A stretch of 64,000 nucleotides of DNA from Actinomycetes bacterium. GTDB taxonomy: Bacteria > Actinomycetota > Acidimicrobiia > Acidimicrobiales > GCA-2861595. The notes under the pieces are model-generated. The model had not been told where the DNA came from, did not search any database, and saw nothing but the letters and a program-made list of their open reading frames with translations. Each line of letters begins with the position of its first letter. Positions within the stretch are counted from its first letter, which is position 1. The position numbers and the translations under genes are program-made. Below, one piece after another: positions 10,520 to 20,208 of the stretch. Location of the stretch: positions 10,771 to 74,770 of the forward strand of contig JAHFUS010000005.1 in assembly GCA_023264975.1 (NCBI GenBank), read 5' to 3'.

Positions 10520-11524
10520 ATGACCGTCACCGAGCTGAAGCTGACCGAGTGGACATCGTGCGGTGGGTGCGCGGCCAAGTGGGGCGCCGCCCCGCTGAAC
10601 GCCCTGATCCGCGAGCTGGCAGCCGGCTCGGCCGACCTGCTGGTGGGACTCGCCCCCTTCGACGACGCCGCCGTCTACCGCCTCACCGACGACCTGGCCA
10701 TGGTGTCGACCACCGACTTCTTCCCGCCGCTCGTGGACGACCCCGCCGACTTCGGCGCCATCGCCGCCGCCAACGCGTGCAGCGACGTGTTCGCCATGGG
10801 GGCGCGGGTCGTGCTGGCCCTCAACATCTCTGCCTTCCCCGAGCGCCTGCCGGTGGAGGCGGTGGCCGCCGTCCTGGGCGCCGCCGGCGCGGTGGTGGCC
10901 GAGGCGGGCGGTGTTGTGGCGGGCGGTCACACCATCCGCTCCGAGGAGCCGATCTTCGGCCTCGCCGTGCAGGGGCTGGTGCACCCCGACCGCATCTGGA
11001 CCAAGGCCGGCGCCCGCCCGGGCGACGCCATCGTGCTGTCCAAGCCGCTCGGCACCGGGATCGTGCTGGCCGGCGGTCAGCCCGACGAGAAGGCGGCGGC
11101 CATCGTGCGCATGCGCCAGCTGAACCGGGCTGCGGCTGAGGCCCTGTCCGCCCTGGGCGACGGCGCCGCCCACGCCGTCACCGATGTCACCGGGTTCGGC
11201 CTGTTCGGCCACGGCTGGGAGATGGCCGAGCGCTCCGAAGCCATCCTGCGCTTCCACGCCTCCGCTCTCCCGTTCTACGACGGGGCCCTGGCGGCAGCCG
11301 AGGCGGGCGTGCGCACCGGCGGCGATGCCCGCAACCGGGCGCACCTGGAGGGCCGCGTCACCTCCACCGCCACGGCCGCCGTCGAAGCCCTCGGGTACGA
11401 CCCGCAGACGTCGGGCGGCCTCCTGGCCTCCGTGTCGCCGGCGGACGCCGTCCGCCTGGCCGATGCCGGATTCGTCACCATCGGTGAGGTCGTGACAGGG
11501 CCGGCCGGCGTGGAGGTCGGCTGA
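10520..11524 (+). CDS. selD: Selenide, water dikinase (selenophosphate synthetase), Cys-type
   Basis: 334 aa. N-terminal active-site loop LTEWTSCGGCAAKWG (Cys at the Cys/Sec position). PurM/AIR-synthase-like motifs DDAAVY, TTDFFPP, DVTGFGL. Confidence 0.9.
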   Translation: MTVTELKLTEWTSCGGCAAKWGAAPLNALIRELAAGSADLLVGLAPFDDAAVYRLTDDLAMVSTTDFFPPLVDDPADFGAIAAANACSDVFAMGARVVLALNISAFPERLPVEAVAAVLGAAGAVVAEAGGVVAGGHTIRSEEPIFGLAVQGLVHPDRIWTKAGARPGDAIVLSKPLGTGIVLAGGQPDEKAAAIVRMRQLNRAAAEALSALGDGAAHAVTDVTGFGLFGHGWEMAERSEAILRFHASALPFYDGALAAAEAGVRTGGDARNRAHLEGRVTSTATAAVEALGYDPQTSGGLLASVSPADAVRLADAGFVTIGEVVTGPAGVEVG

Positions 11525-11566
11525 CCGGCTGGGGCTGCCGCGCCGGCCGGCTGTAACGTCCGACTC

Positions 11567-12280
11567 GTGGCGACATCGCGCCAGCAGTTGCGACCGTCGC
11601 TGCGACCCAAGGCTCCCACGCTGGCCCTCGAGCGGGAGCTGTGGGGCCGTGGGCGCGAGGTCGTGGTCGGTGTCGACGAGGTGGGCCGGGGGGCGTGGGC
11701 CGGCCCCATCAGCGTGGGCGCCGCCGTGCTCCCGCCCGACAAGCGGGTCTACAAGGTCCGCGACTCGAAGATGCTCACCGAGGCCGAGCGGGAGCGCCTG
11801 TTCGACCGGGTCGCCTCGTGGTGCCGTGCGTGGGCGGTCGGCCATGCCAGCCAGGTCGAGTGCGACAGCCTCGGGATGTCGGAGGCGCAACGCCTGGCTG
11901 CCCGCCGGGCCGTTGCGGGCCTCGGCATCGAGCCCGACCACGTCCTCATCGACGGCCGCTGGGACTTCGTCGGGAAGGGGCCGGCCGCCACCACCCGCAT
12001 CGTGAAGGGCGACGCCACCTGCCTGTCCATCGCCGCCGCATCGGTGCTGGCCAAGGTCACGCGCGACCGGATCATGCGGGGGGAGGCGCAGCACTACCCG
12101 GGCTACGACTTCGACCTCAACAAGGGGTACCCGTGCCCCCGGCACAAGGCCGCCCTGAAGGCGTGGGGCCCGACCTCGATACACCGCCGCAGCTGGGTGT
12201 TCATGGACAACCTGCCCTGGGGCGTGCGCCCCGCCCCCGACCCCACGCAACCCATGCTGACCGAAGCCCCCGACCTGTGA
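11567..12280 (+). CDS. rnhB: Ribonuclease HII
   Basis: 237 aa. VVGVDEVGRGAWAGP catalytic motif, DSKMLT, IVKGDA and AASVLAKV blocks. Confidence 0.9.
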   Translation: MATSRQQLRPSLRPKAPTLALERELWGRGREVVVGVDEVGRGAWAGPISVGAAVLPPDKRVYKVRDSKMLTEAERERLFDRVASWCRAWAVGHASQVECDSLGMSEAQRLAARRAVAGLGIEPDHVLIDGRWDFVGKGPAATTRIVKGDATCLSIAAASVLAKVTRDRIMRGEAQHYPGYDFDLNKGYPCPRHKAALKAWGPTSIHRRSWVFMDNLPWGVRPAPDPTQPMLTEAPDL

Positions 12281-13116
12281 CGCCAGGTCGAACGGCGGCC
12301 GCCCTGGCCGCCCTCGTGGTGCTGGCCACGGGCGGGTGCAAGGAGCCGGCCAAGCCCTCCCTCGAGCAGTCCGGCCCGCCCGACGCCGCCACCGGCCCTG
12401 CGCAGGGTCAGGCGCTCGAGACGGTGGCGGAGGGCAAGCTCACCGCCTGTACGGCCGTCCCCGACCCGCCCTTTGCCTTCGACGACGAGGGGGAGCTCGA
12501 CGGCATCGACATCGAGCTGGTGCGTGCCGTCGCCGGCCGGCTCGGGCTCGTGCCGACGTTCGAGCAGGTGGCGCCGGGGGAGCTCTTCCGGGCCATGGAT
12601 GCGGGTACCTGCGACCTGGTGGCGGCGTCGGTGACGATCACGTCCGAACGACAGGAGACATTCGCCTTCTCGGCGCCCTACTTCCGGGTCGACCAGTCGC
12701 TACTCGTGCGCAAGGCCGACGAGACGAGGTACCCCGACCTTGCCGCCCTGGCAGGCCGGACGGTGGGTGTGCAGGCGTCGACCAGCGGGGCCGTCTACGC
12801 GCAGGCGAACGGCGCCGGCACCACCGTGAAGGAGTACGGCAGTGCCGACGAGCTGCTGACGGCTCTCGCCGCCAAAGAGGTGGATGCCGCCCTCCAGGAC
12901 CTGCCCGTCAACGCCTTCGACGCCAAGACGACGGGCGAGACGGTCGTCACCGAGACGTTCGCCGACGGCGACAAGGAGCTCTACGGGTTCGTCATGGCGA
13001 AGGGGCGGACGGCGCTGAGGGCGGCGGTGGACGGAGCGCTCGGCCAGGTCCGCTCCGACGACACCTACCCCACCATCCTGCGCAGTTTCCTGGGCGGCAC
13101 GGCCGGGCAGATCTGA
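12277..13116 (+). CDS. Amino-acid ABC transporter substrate-binding lipoprotein (family 3 SBP), orphan
   Basis: In-frame C-terminal part of ORF 11641..13116, starting at GTG 12277 (GTGA overlap with the rnhB stop). Signal plus lipobox AALAALVVLATGGC. SBP_bac_3-like blocks PPFAFDD..G.LDGIDIEL and FSAPYF. No permease or ATPase adjacent. Confidence 0.82.
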   Translation: MTPGRTAAALAALVVLATGGCKEPAKPSLEQSGPPDAATGPAQGQALETVAEGKLTACTAVPDPPFAFDDEGELDGIDIELVRAVAGRLGLVPTFEQVAPGELFRAMDAGTCDLVAASVTITSERQETFAFSAPYFRVDQSLLVRKADETRYPDLAALAGRTVGVQASTSGAVYAQANGAGTTVKEYGSADELLTALAAKEVDAALQDLPVNAFDAKTTGETVVTETFADGDKELYGFVMAKGRTALRAAVDGALGQVRSDDTYPTILRSFLGGTAGQI

Positions 13117-13218
13117 GCCGCCCGCCCTCGGCCGATGTGGCCGCCCCGGCGAAAGGCCTCACGTTTTCGGTACGGTCTTCGCTTCGGGATCGTGATCGTT
13201 CATGGCACAGTTCTACCC

Positions 13219-13812
13219 ATGAGCGGCCCCGCCATCGCCATAGTCCTGTTCCCCGGCGTCGAGGAGCTCGACTGGGTCGGGCCGTGGGAGGTCCTTTCGG
13301 GCTGGGCCCGAAACTGGCCCGACGACGGGGCCGGCGTGTTCACCGTGGCCGACACCACCGACGTGATCAGCTGCGCCCAGGGCGCCCGCGTGCTGGCCGA
13401 CCACACGTGGGAGACGGCGCCGGCCTACGACCTGCTCTTGTACCCCGGTGGTCCGGGGGTGCGGCCGCTGCTCGACAACGACGTGGTGCGCAAGCGGGTG
13501 AGGGCGGCGGCCGAGGCGGGCACCGTGCTGGCCAGCGTGTGCACCGGTTCGCTGGTGCTGGCCGACGCCGGGGTGCTCGACGGCAAGCCGGCCACGACGT
13601 ACTGGTCGTCGTTCGACATGCTGGTCTCGCTCGGCACCGACATCGAGCCGCGCCCCGACGACCGCTACGTGGACGCCGGCGAGGTGGTCACCGCTGCCGG
13701 CGTGTCGGCCGGCATCGACATGGCCCTCCACCTCGTGCGCCGCTTTGTTGGCGAGGAGCGTGCCCGCGAGGTGCGCCGTTTCATCCAGTACGACCCTCAG
13801 CCGCCCGTCTGA
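13219..13812 (+). CDS. DJ-1/PfpI family protein (ThiJ-like glutamine-amidotransferase-like fold)
   Basis: Trimmed from ORF 13135..13812 to MSGPAIAIVLFPGVEELD. Nucleophile-elbow LASVCTGSLVLA. C-terminal AAGVSAGIDMALHLV. Confidence 0.85.
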   Translation: MSGPAIAIVLFPGVEELDWVGPWEVLSGWARNWPDDGAGVFTVADTTDVISCAQGARVLADHTWETAPAYDLLLYPGGPGVRPLLDNDVVRKRVRAAAEAGTVLASVCTGSLVLADAGVLDGKPATTYWSSFDMLVSLGTDIEPRPDDRYVDAGEVVTAAGVSAGIDMALHLVRRFVGEERAREVRRFIQYDPQPPV

Positions 13813-14147
13813 GAGCCGCCCCTCACGTGACTTCACCCAGCTGAGGCTCGACACGTCCGGCCGCACCGTCACCGACCTCACCGACGGGGACCGTTTCTGC
13901 TCCGGCCGGGGCGACGGCGGAGCATCGTGCTGGTCGACCCCAACGACGACAACCCCGCGAGGACCGTGCGCCTCAGCTTCCAGCGCGGCTGACGCGCTCC
14001 CGGGTGCGGGCCGCCCCACATCGTTTCCGCCGCGGGGTCCCTTCTCTGCTCTCCTCGTCTCCGGCCCCTGTTCCCGATCGTGCCCGTCGCCGGGGCTCGG
14101 CGGTTGGATCGGCGGCCGCCCGGGTCGGCGCCACGGGCGTGGCCGCC

Positions 14148-14369
14148 CTACTGCTCTGCGTCGAGGAGCGATTGGGCAGCGGCCAGCGCCGTCAGGGGAT
14201 CGGACGTCGACGCCCCTGCGAGCCAGGCGGCCAGAGGAGCATTCTTCCGCTCGGTGCCGTGGGCGACGACCCGGGCCAGGTCGAGGATGGCGTCGACCTC
14301 GGTCGGGTCGAGCGGCGGCACCCCGAGGGCAGCGGCATAGCGGTCCAGCCAGTCGTCCATGGGCCCCAT
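14148..14369 (-). CDS. Small conserved hypothetical protein (DUF6457-like)
   Basis: 73 aa: MGPMDDWLDRYAAALGVPPLDPTEVDAILDLARVVAHGTERKNAPLAAWLAG... From memory this resembles a small actinobacterial family. Non-biased composition, unlike the surrounding shadow ORFs. Confidence 0.55.
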   Translation of the reverse strand: MGPMDDWLDRYAAALGVPPLDPTEVDAILDLARVVAHGTERKNAPLAAWLAGASTSDPLTALAAAQSLLDAEQ

Positions 14370-14429
14370 CCTGGCGCGCCGGCGGGTGGCCCGCCCCGCC
14401 CGCCGATCGGCACAGGGATGCTGCGCGAG

Positions 14430-16257
<1,828 letters not shown>

Positions 16258-16302
16258 GTCGCCTCGGCGTGGCTCTCCCGGTTCGTCGCCTCGATCGTCG
16301 AA

Positions 16303-17838
16303 GTGACCGCGCCGGCGGTGGAACGGGTATGCAAGGGCCAACTCCGGCGAACTTCCTCAGGGCCGGAGCACTTTGCACCCCGAATCCCCAACGTTTCCTC
16401 TCGTCGTCCACAGGACGACCCCTCTACGGTCGTGCCCGGTGACGGTGGCGCGGTGAAGACATGGCCGAATCCACCGTCGTTGGCAGCGGCCCTCGGATTC
16501 GGACGCCGGCACGCTCGGGCGTCGCTGCGCCCGCCGGACCTGGACGACGACCCGGTCGTCGGCGAGGACGACGTAGCCCCGACCGACATGTCGGAGCAGC
16601 CCGGAGAGGACACGGGGCTTGCGGAGGCCGATGGCGGCCTGTCGGTGGATGTGCCCGACGAGGCGGGCCCACCGACCGCGCCCGGAGGCGAAAGGGTGGC
16701 TGCCGGGGGCGACGGCGACCTGTCGGTGGGTCGGCCGGCAGAGGCGAGACTGGCGAACGAGCCCGCTGACGACGTGGCGCCGGCGCCGTGGCCCCGGCCG
16801 CATGCCGCTCCGCCGGCTGCGGCGCCGGGGCTTTCGTCGCCGCCCACCACGTCTCCCGTACCGGCGGCGCCGGACGCCACCCTGAGCGAGGCGGTGGCGG
16901 GCGACCGTATCCGGGCGGCCGCCGAAGGCGCCGTCGCCAGCGACGCCCTGGCCGCGGTCCGCGACGAGCTGGCCGGCGTGCGCCGGCGGCTCTTGGCGGC
17001 GGCGGGAGAGCTGGCCGACCGGCGGGCGGCAGCCGAACAGCAGGAGCAAATGTTCGGCCGGCTCAGTGCCGAGCTCAAGGCGGAGCGTCAGGGTCGTCAG
17101 CAGGAACGTCAGGCGCGGGAGGGCCAGTGTCCCGAGGACCGTGGCCACCTGTCCGCCGATCTCGCCGCAGTGGCCGAACGCCAGCGCCAGGAAGCCGAGC
17201 GGTTGGCGCGGGAGCGCCAGGTGCTCGACGCCATGAGCCGCACGCTCGCCGGCGAGCGGGCCCACCTCGAGCTCGATGCGGAGCGGGACCTGGTCGCTGC
17301 CCAGCGCGCCCATCTCGACGAGGAGCGCTCCGAGCTCGACCGGCTCCGGCGCCGGGCGATGGCGGCGGCGGCCTCCGGCCGGTCGGCCGAGGACGCCCCG
17401 AGCGGTGGGTCGGGCGGCGCAGCGGTGCCGCAGAGTCTCGGCAGCGCCAGGCGCAGCCGGCCCACCGCGGCCCCGCCGGCAGCTGGTCCGCCAGCCCGCA
17501 CCCCAACTCGTTCCCGGTCCGCTGTGGGAGCGGCGCCGGGCGTCGGGGGCCGGCGGTCGACCAACGGCACCGCCCCGCCGGCGGCCCCGAAGGCGCCCCC
17601 CCCGGAGCGCCGCCGCAACGAGACCGATTCCGTGCCGGCGCCGCCCGGGCGCCGCCGCAACGAGGCCGATTCCGTGCCGGTCGTCCCGTCCACCCGTCGC
17701 GAACCGGGTGCCCTCCGCCCGGGGGCCCTCGCCGCTGCCCACCCGCCGGTCGAGGATGCACAGGCGCAGGTCAACAGGCGGCGGCGCCGGGGCGGAAGCG
17801 GAGCTGACGACCTCAGGGCCGACGACCCCTCGAGGTAG
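16303..17838 (+). CDS. Hypothetical disordered/coiled-coil protein; true start probably downstream (candidates GTG 16432, GTG 16453, ATG 16597)
   Basis: ORF track 511 aa. The central segment (AAEQQEQMFGRLSAELKAERQ...AERQRQEAERLARERQVLDAM...AHLDEERSELDRLRRR) is heptad-like, Glu/Arg/Gln-rich and looks genuine. The flanks are Pro/Ala-rich. The first ~100 nt have poor third-position GC and are probably non-coding. No family recognised. Confidence 0.5.
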   Translation: MTAPAVERVCKGQLRRTSSGPEHFAPRIPNVSSRRPQDDPSTVVPGDGGAVKTWPNPPSLAAALGFGRRHARASLRPPDLDDDPVVGEDDVAPTDMSEQPGEDTGLAEADGGLSVDVPDEAGPPTAPGGERVAAGGDGDLSVGRPAEARLANEPADDVAPAPWPRPHAAPPAAAPGLSSPPTTSPVPAAPDATLSEAVAGDRIRAAAEGAVASDALAAVRDELAGVRRRLLAAAGELADRRAAAEQQEQMFGRLSAELKAERQGRQQERQAREGQCPEDRGHLSADLAAVAERQRQEAERLARERQVLDAMSRTLAGERAHLELDAERDLVAAQRAHLDEERSELDRLRRRAMAAAASGRSAEDAPSGGSGGAAVPQSLGSARRSRPTAAPPAAGPPARTPTRSRSAVGAAPGVGGRRSTNGTAPPAAPKAPPPERRRNETDSVPAPPGRRRNEADSVPVVPSTRREPGALRPGALAAAHPPVEDAQAQVNRRRRRGGSGADDLRADDPSR

Positions 17839-17870
17839 CGCTTCTGCCGGCGAGCCGGCGCCGGCCGGGC

Positions 17871-18344
17871 TCAGGCGGCGTCGAGCGGTTGGGCGCGGAT
17901 GGCAGCGACCGCCGCGTTGAGGGCGTCCGCCTCCAGGATGTCGGCCATGATCCCGATCTGCTCGTCCCAGACCTCGGGCGGGATGTCGGCCTTCACTTCG
18001 TCGTCGAGCACGTGGTACACGCCGAGGCCCAACTGGACCCCTGCCAGCGCACCTGCATATGCCGGGTCTCCCAGCCGGACCGTTTCCGCCGAGATCTCCG
18101 CCGCCTCCGGATCGGGGGCACCGAGGATCACGACGACCTGGTCACGGCCGTGGGTCTCCGCCAGCCGGAGGATTGCCTCCTGGCTCTGCAGGTCCATGGC
18201 GCCTGACGCCGTTCAGACGAAGCACTCCGTGGCCGTGAAGACCACCGTCGCCCCAGCCGCCTCCATGCAGGCGGCGATGGCGGGGCCTGACACCCCGTCA
18301 CGTTCGCCCAAGGCGACGATCTTCTTGCCCTCCAGTACTCCCAC
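17871..18344 (-). CDS. grdA: Glycine/sarcosine/betaine reductase complex selenoprotein A (GrdA), with in-frame TGA = selenocysteine at 18213..18215
   Basis: ORFs 18213..18395 and 17871..18197 are in the same frame, separated by one TGA plus five sense codons. The joined peptide ..VLEGKKIVALGERDGVSGPAIAACMEAAGATVVFTATECFV-U-TASGAMDLQSQEAILRLAETHGRDQVVVILGAP...GDPAYAGALAGVQLGLGVYHV.. matches the GrdA pattern (..TECFVUTAAGAMDLENQ..) as I recall it. The total of ~157 aa fits GrdA. Start GTG 18344 (GGAAGGAG 6 nt upstream) or GTG 18350. Confidence 0.9.
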
Positions 18345-18346
18345 CC

Positions 18347-18694
18347 TCACTCCTTCCCGACGCCGGCACCAGCTGCCAGCGTGTCGTTGACCCACTGCTC
18401 CACCTTCGACTCTGTGAGCGCGGCGCCGGCGATGCGGCCGATCTCTTCGCCGTCACGGAACAGCACGAAGGCGGGCAGGCCCATGAGCCGAAGCTCCATG
18501 CACAGCCGGCGCGCCTTGGGCGCCTCCAACTTGACGACCTTGAACTGCTCTTCCCGCTCGGCGGCCATGCGCTCGATGAACGGCATCATGACCAGGCACG
18601 GCTGGCAGTCCGGACCCCACACGTCGACGAGCGTGGTGCCCTCGGCGACCAGTTCCCGGAAGTTCTCGCGAGTGGCCTCGGTGAGTGTTCCCAT
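18347..18694 (-). CDS. Thioredoxin-family protein with atypical CQPC active site
   Basis: ORF 18347..18712. The start is likely ATG 18694, 1 nt after the grdC stop (alternative 18712). Thioredoxin fold pattern LVDVWGPDCQPCLVMMPFIE...KVVKLEAPKARRL...GLPAFVLFRDGEE. Confidence 0.85.
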   Translation of the reverse strand: MGTLTEATRENFRELVAEGTTLVDVWGPDCQPCLVMMPFIERMAAEREEQFKVVKLEAPKARRLCMELRLMGLPAFVLFRDGEEIGRIAGAALTESKVEQWVNDTLAAGAGVGKE

Positions 18695-18695
18695 C

Positions 18696-20135
18696 TCAGT
18701 TCCCTTTCCCATTGCGCTCCAGCAGCACGCTCATGCCGTCCGACAGCTGCGACATCCGGCCGAGGAACAGGCTTCCCTTGGCCAGCAGCAGCACCTTGTT
18801 CGCGCCTCCCGTGGTGAGGCGGTCGACGGCGTGCGGCAAGTAGCACAGCGAGGATGCCAGATGGCCCTGCGTCGGTGCGAAACCGGGCATGCCGTGCTCG
18901 GCCGCGAACGCGGCGATATCGGCCCGTTCGATCTCGCCCGCCTGGGCCGCCAGTGCGGCGATCGTCTTGTAGTTGCGGGCGGGTACGTCTCCCGAACCCT
19001 GCGGCTCGGTGATCTCCGGGTTGTGCAACTCGGTCGCGTAGTCGTCCACCGCGGCCATGGGGATGCCGAGCCGGCGAAGGGGTTCCACGGCCAGCGCCTC
19101 CATGATCGCCGGGTTCGAGCCGCCCATTCCGACCCGGTGCCGGCCCACGGAGTCGAGCCGGATGCGGGGTGACACGCCGTCGTCGGCCTGCACCAGGGCG
19201 GCGGCGCCGCCGAGCACGTCTTCCATCACCGGCATGTCGTGCTTCAGGTGGCCTTGGAACTTCATGCCGAGCTTGGCCATCGACCCGCCTGCGATGACGG
19301 CGACGCGGTCGAACAGGCCGGCCGACACCATGGCCGCCGCCGTCACCAGCGCCGGCGCAGGGGCGGCGCAGAAGTTCTTCACGTCCATGCCGGACGCCTC
19401 GGACAGACCGGCCACCTCGGCCACCGCCTTGGCCATGTTGCCGCCGCCCCGCTGGTAGCGGTCGCCGATGGCCTCCTCGCCGCACCCGATCACGAAGTCG
19501 ATCGACGCCGGGTCGATGCCCCCGTTGTGCAGGAGGTGCAGGAGGGACAGGGTGGCGGTGGCCTTGGACGCCAGGTTGTCGAGCAGCACGGCGGCGGTGA
19601 GCGCCTCGTCCTCCTCGTGGGCGGCGGTGATCGCCCCGCCCAGCCGGGTCGCGCCGAGGTGCAGGGGCATGCTGCCGGGCCGCAGGAGCACGGCCGCCAC
19701 GTCGCCCTTGGCCTTGTCGATGCGGTCGATGTCGAGGTGCTTGGCCAGCGGGTGGGTCGCCAGTGCGGCGGCTGCTTCGTCGGCCACGTCGGGGGACAGG
19801 GTGATCAGGTCGAAGCGGTCGACCGCCACGAGCAGGCCGAGGAACTCGAGGTCGGGCACGATCTCGCCCCGCGGCCCGAGCCGCGACGCGTTGCCGCTCC
19901 TGCCCCACCAGGGGCGCTCCCCCATGGCACGGGGGTGGACGGCGCCCACGTACGCCTGGTGGGGCGCGTAGGCCACGGCGTCGTCGTAGGAGCGCAGTGA
20001 GGCCAGGAACTTCTCCGACACGTCGGGGTGCCTCGGCAGTTCGCGCGCCGGCTTGGACCCGTGGCGGGCCAGTCCGGGCACGTGGGCCAGCACCTGGGTC
20101 GACCCGGCGACGACGGCCGTCCGTTGCTCGCTCAT
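18696..20135 (-). CDS. grdC: Glycine reductase complex protein C, beta-subunit-like (GrdC)
   Basis: Trimmed from ORF 18696..20264 to MSEQRTAVVAGSTQVLAHVPGL (GGGGAGG 5 nt upstream of ATG 20135). The N-terminal pattern ..LRSYDDAVAYAPHQAYVG...RLGPRGEIVPDLEFLGLL..DRFDLI.. matches the clostridial GrdC pattern as I recall it. 479 aa. Confidence 0.8.
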   Translation of the reverse strand: MSEQRTAVVAGSTQVLAHVPGLARHGSKPARELPRHPDVSEKFLASLRSYDDAVAYAPHQAYVGAVHPRAMGERPWWGRSGNASRLGPRGEIVPDLEFLGLLVAVDRFDLITLSPDVADEAAAALATHPLAKHLDIDRIDKAKGDVAAVLLRPGSMPLHLGATRLGGAITAAHEEDEALTAAVLLDNLASKATATLSLLHLLHNGGIDPASIDFVIGCGEEAIGDRYQRGGGNMAKAVAEVAGLSEASGMDVKNFCAAPAPALVTAAAMVSAGLFDRVAVIAGGSMAKLGMKFQGHLKHDMPVMEDVLGGAAALVQADDGVSPRIRLDSVGRHRVGMGGSNPAIMEALAVEPLRRLGIPMAAVDDYATELHNPEITEPQGSGDVPARNYKTIAALAAQAGEIERADIAAFAAEHGMPGFAPTQGHLASSLCYLPHAVDRLTTGGANKVLLLAKGSLFLGRMSQLSDGMSVLLERNGKGN

Positions 20136-20151
20136 GCGCCTCCCCTGCCCT

Positions 20152-20199
20152 TTCTGGTATCGGAAACCGACCGCTGGCGGTCGGTTTCCGATACCAGAA
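20152..20199. repeat. Perfect inverted repeat / RNA hairpin (about 22 bp stem, 4-nt loop) between grdB and grdC
   Basis: TTCTGGTATCGGAAACCGACCGC-TG-GCGGTCGGTTTCCGATACCAGAA read directly. Lies 10 nt after the grdB stop and 17 nt before the grdC ATG. No U/T tract on either side. Confidence 0.9.
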
Positions 20200-20208
20200 G
20201 CTTGGCCG

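Noticed and set aside
20152-20199. Long perfect palindromes (this one and 30860..30906) considered as intrinsic terminators or MITE/IS termini
   Set aside because: There is no U/T tract after either stem, no target-site duplication, and no transposase nearby. The two share no sequence. I kept them as intercistronic RNA hairpins of unknown role.
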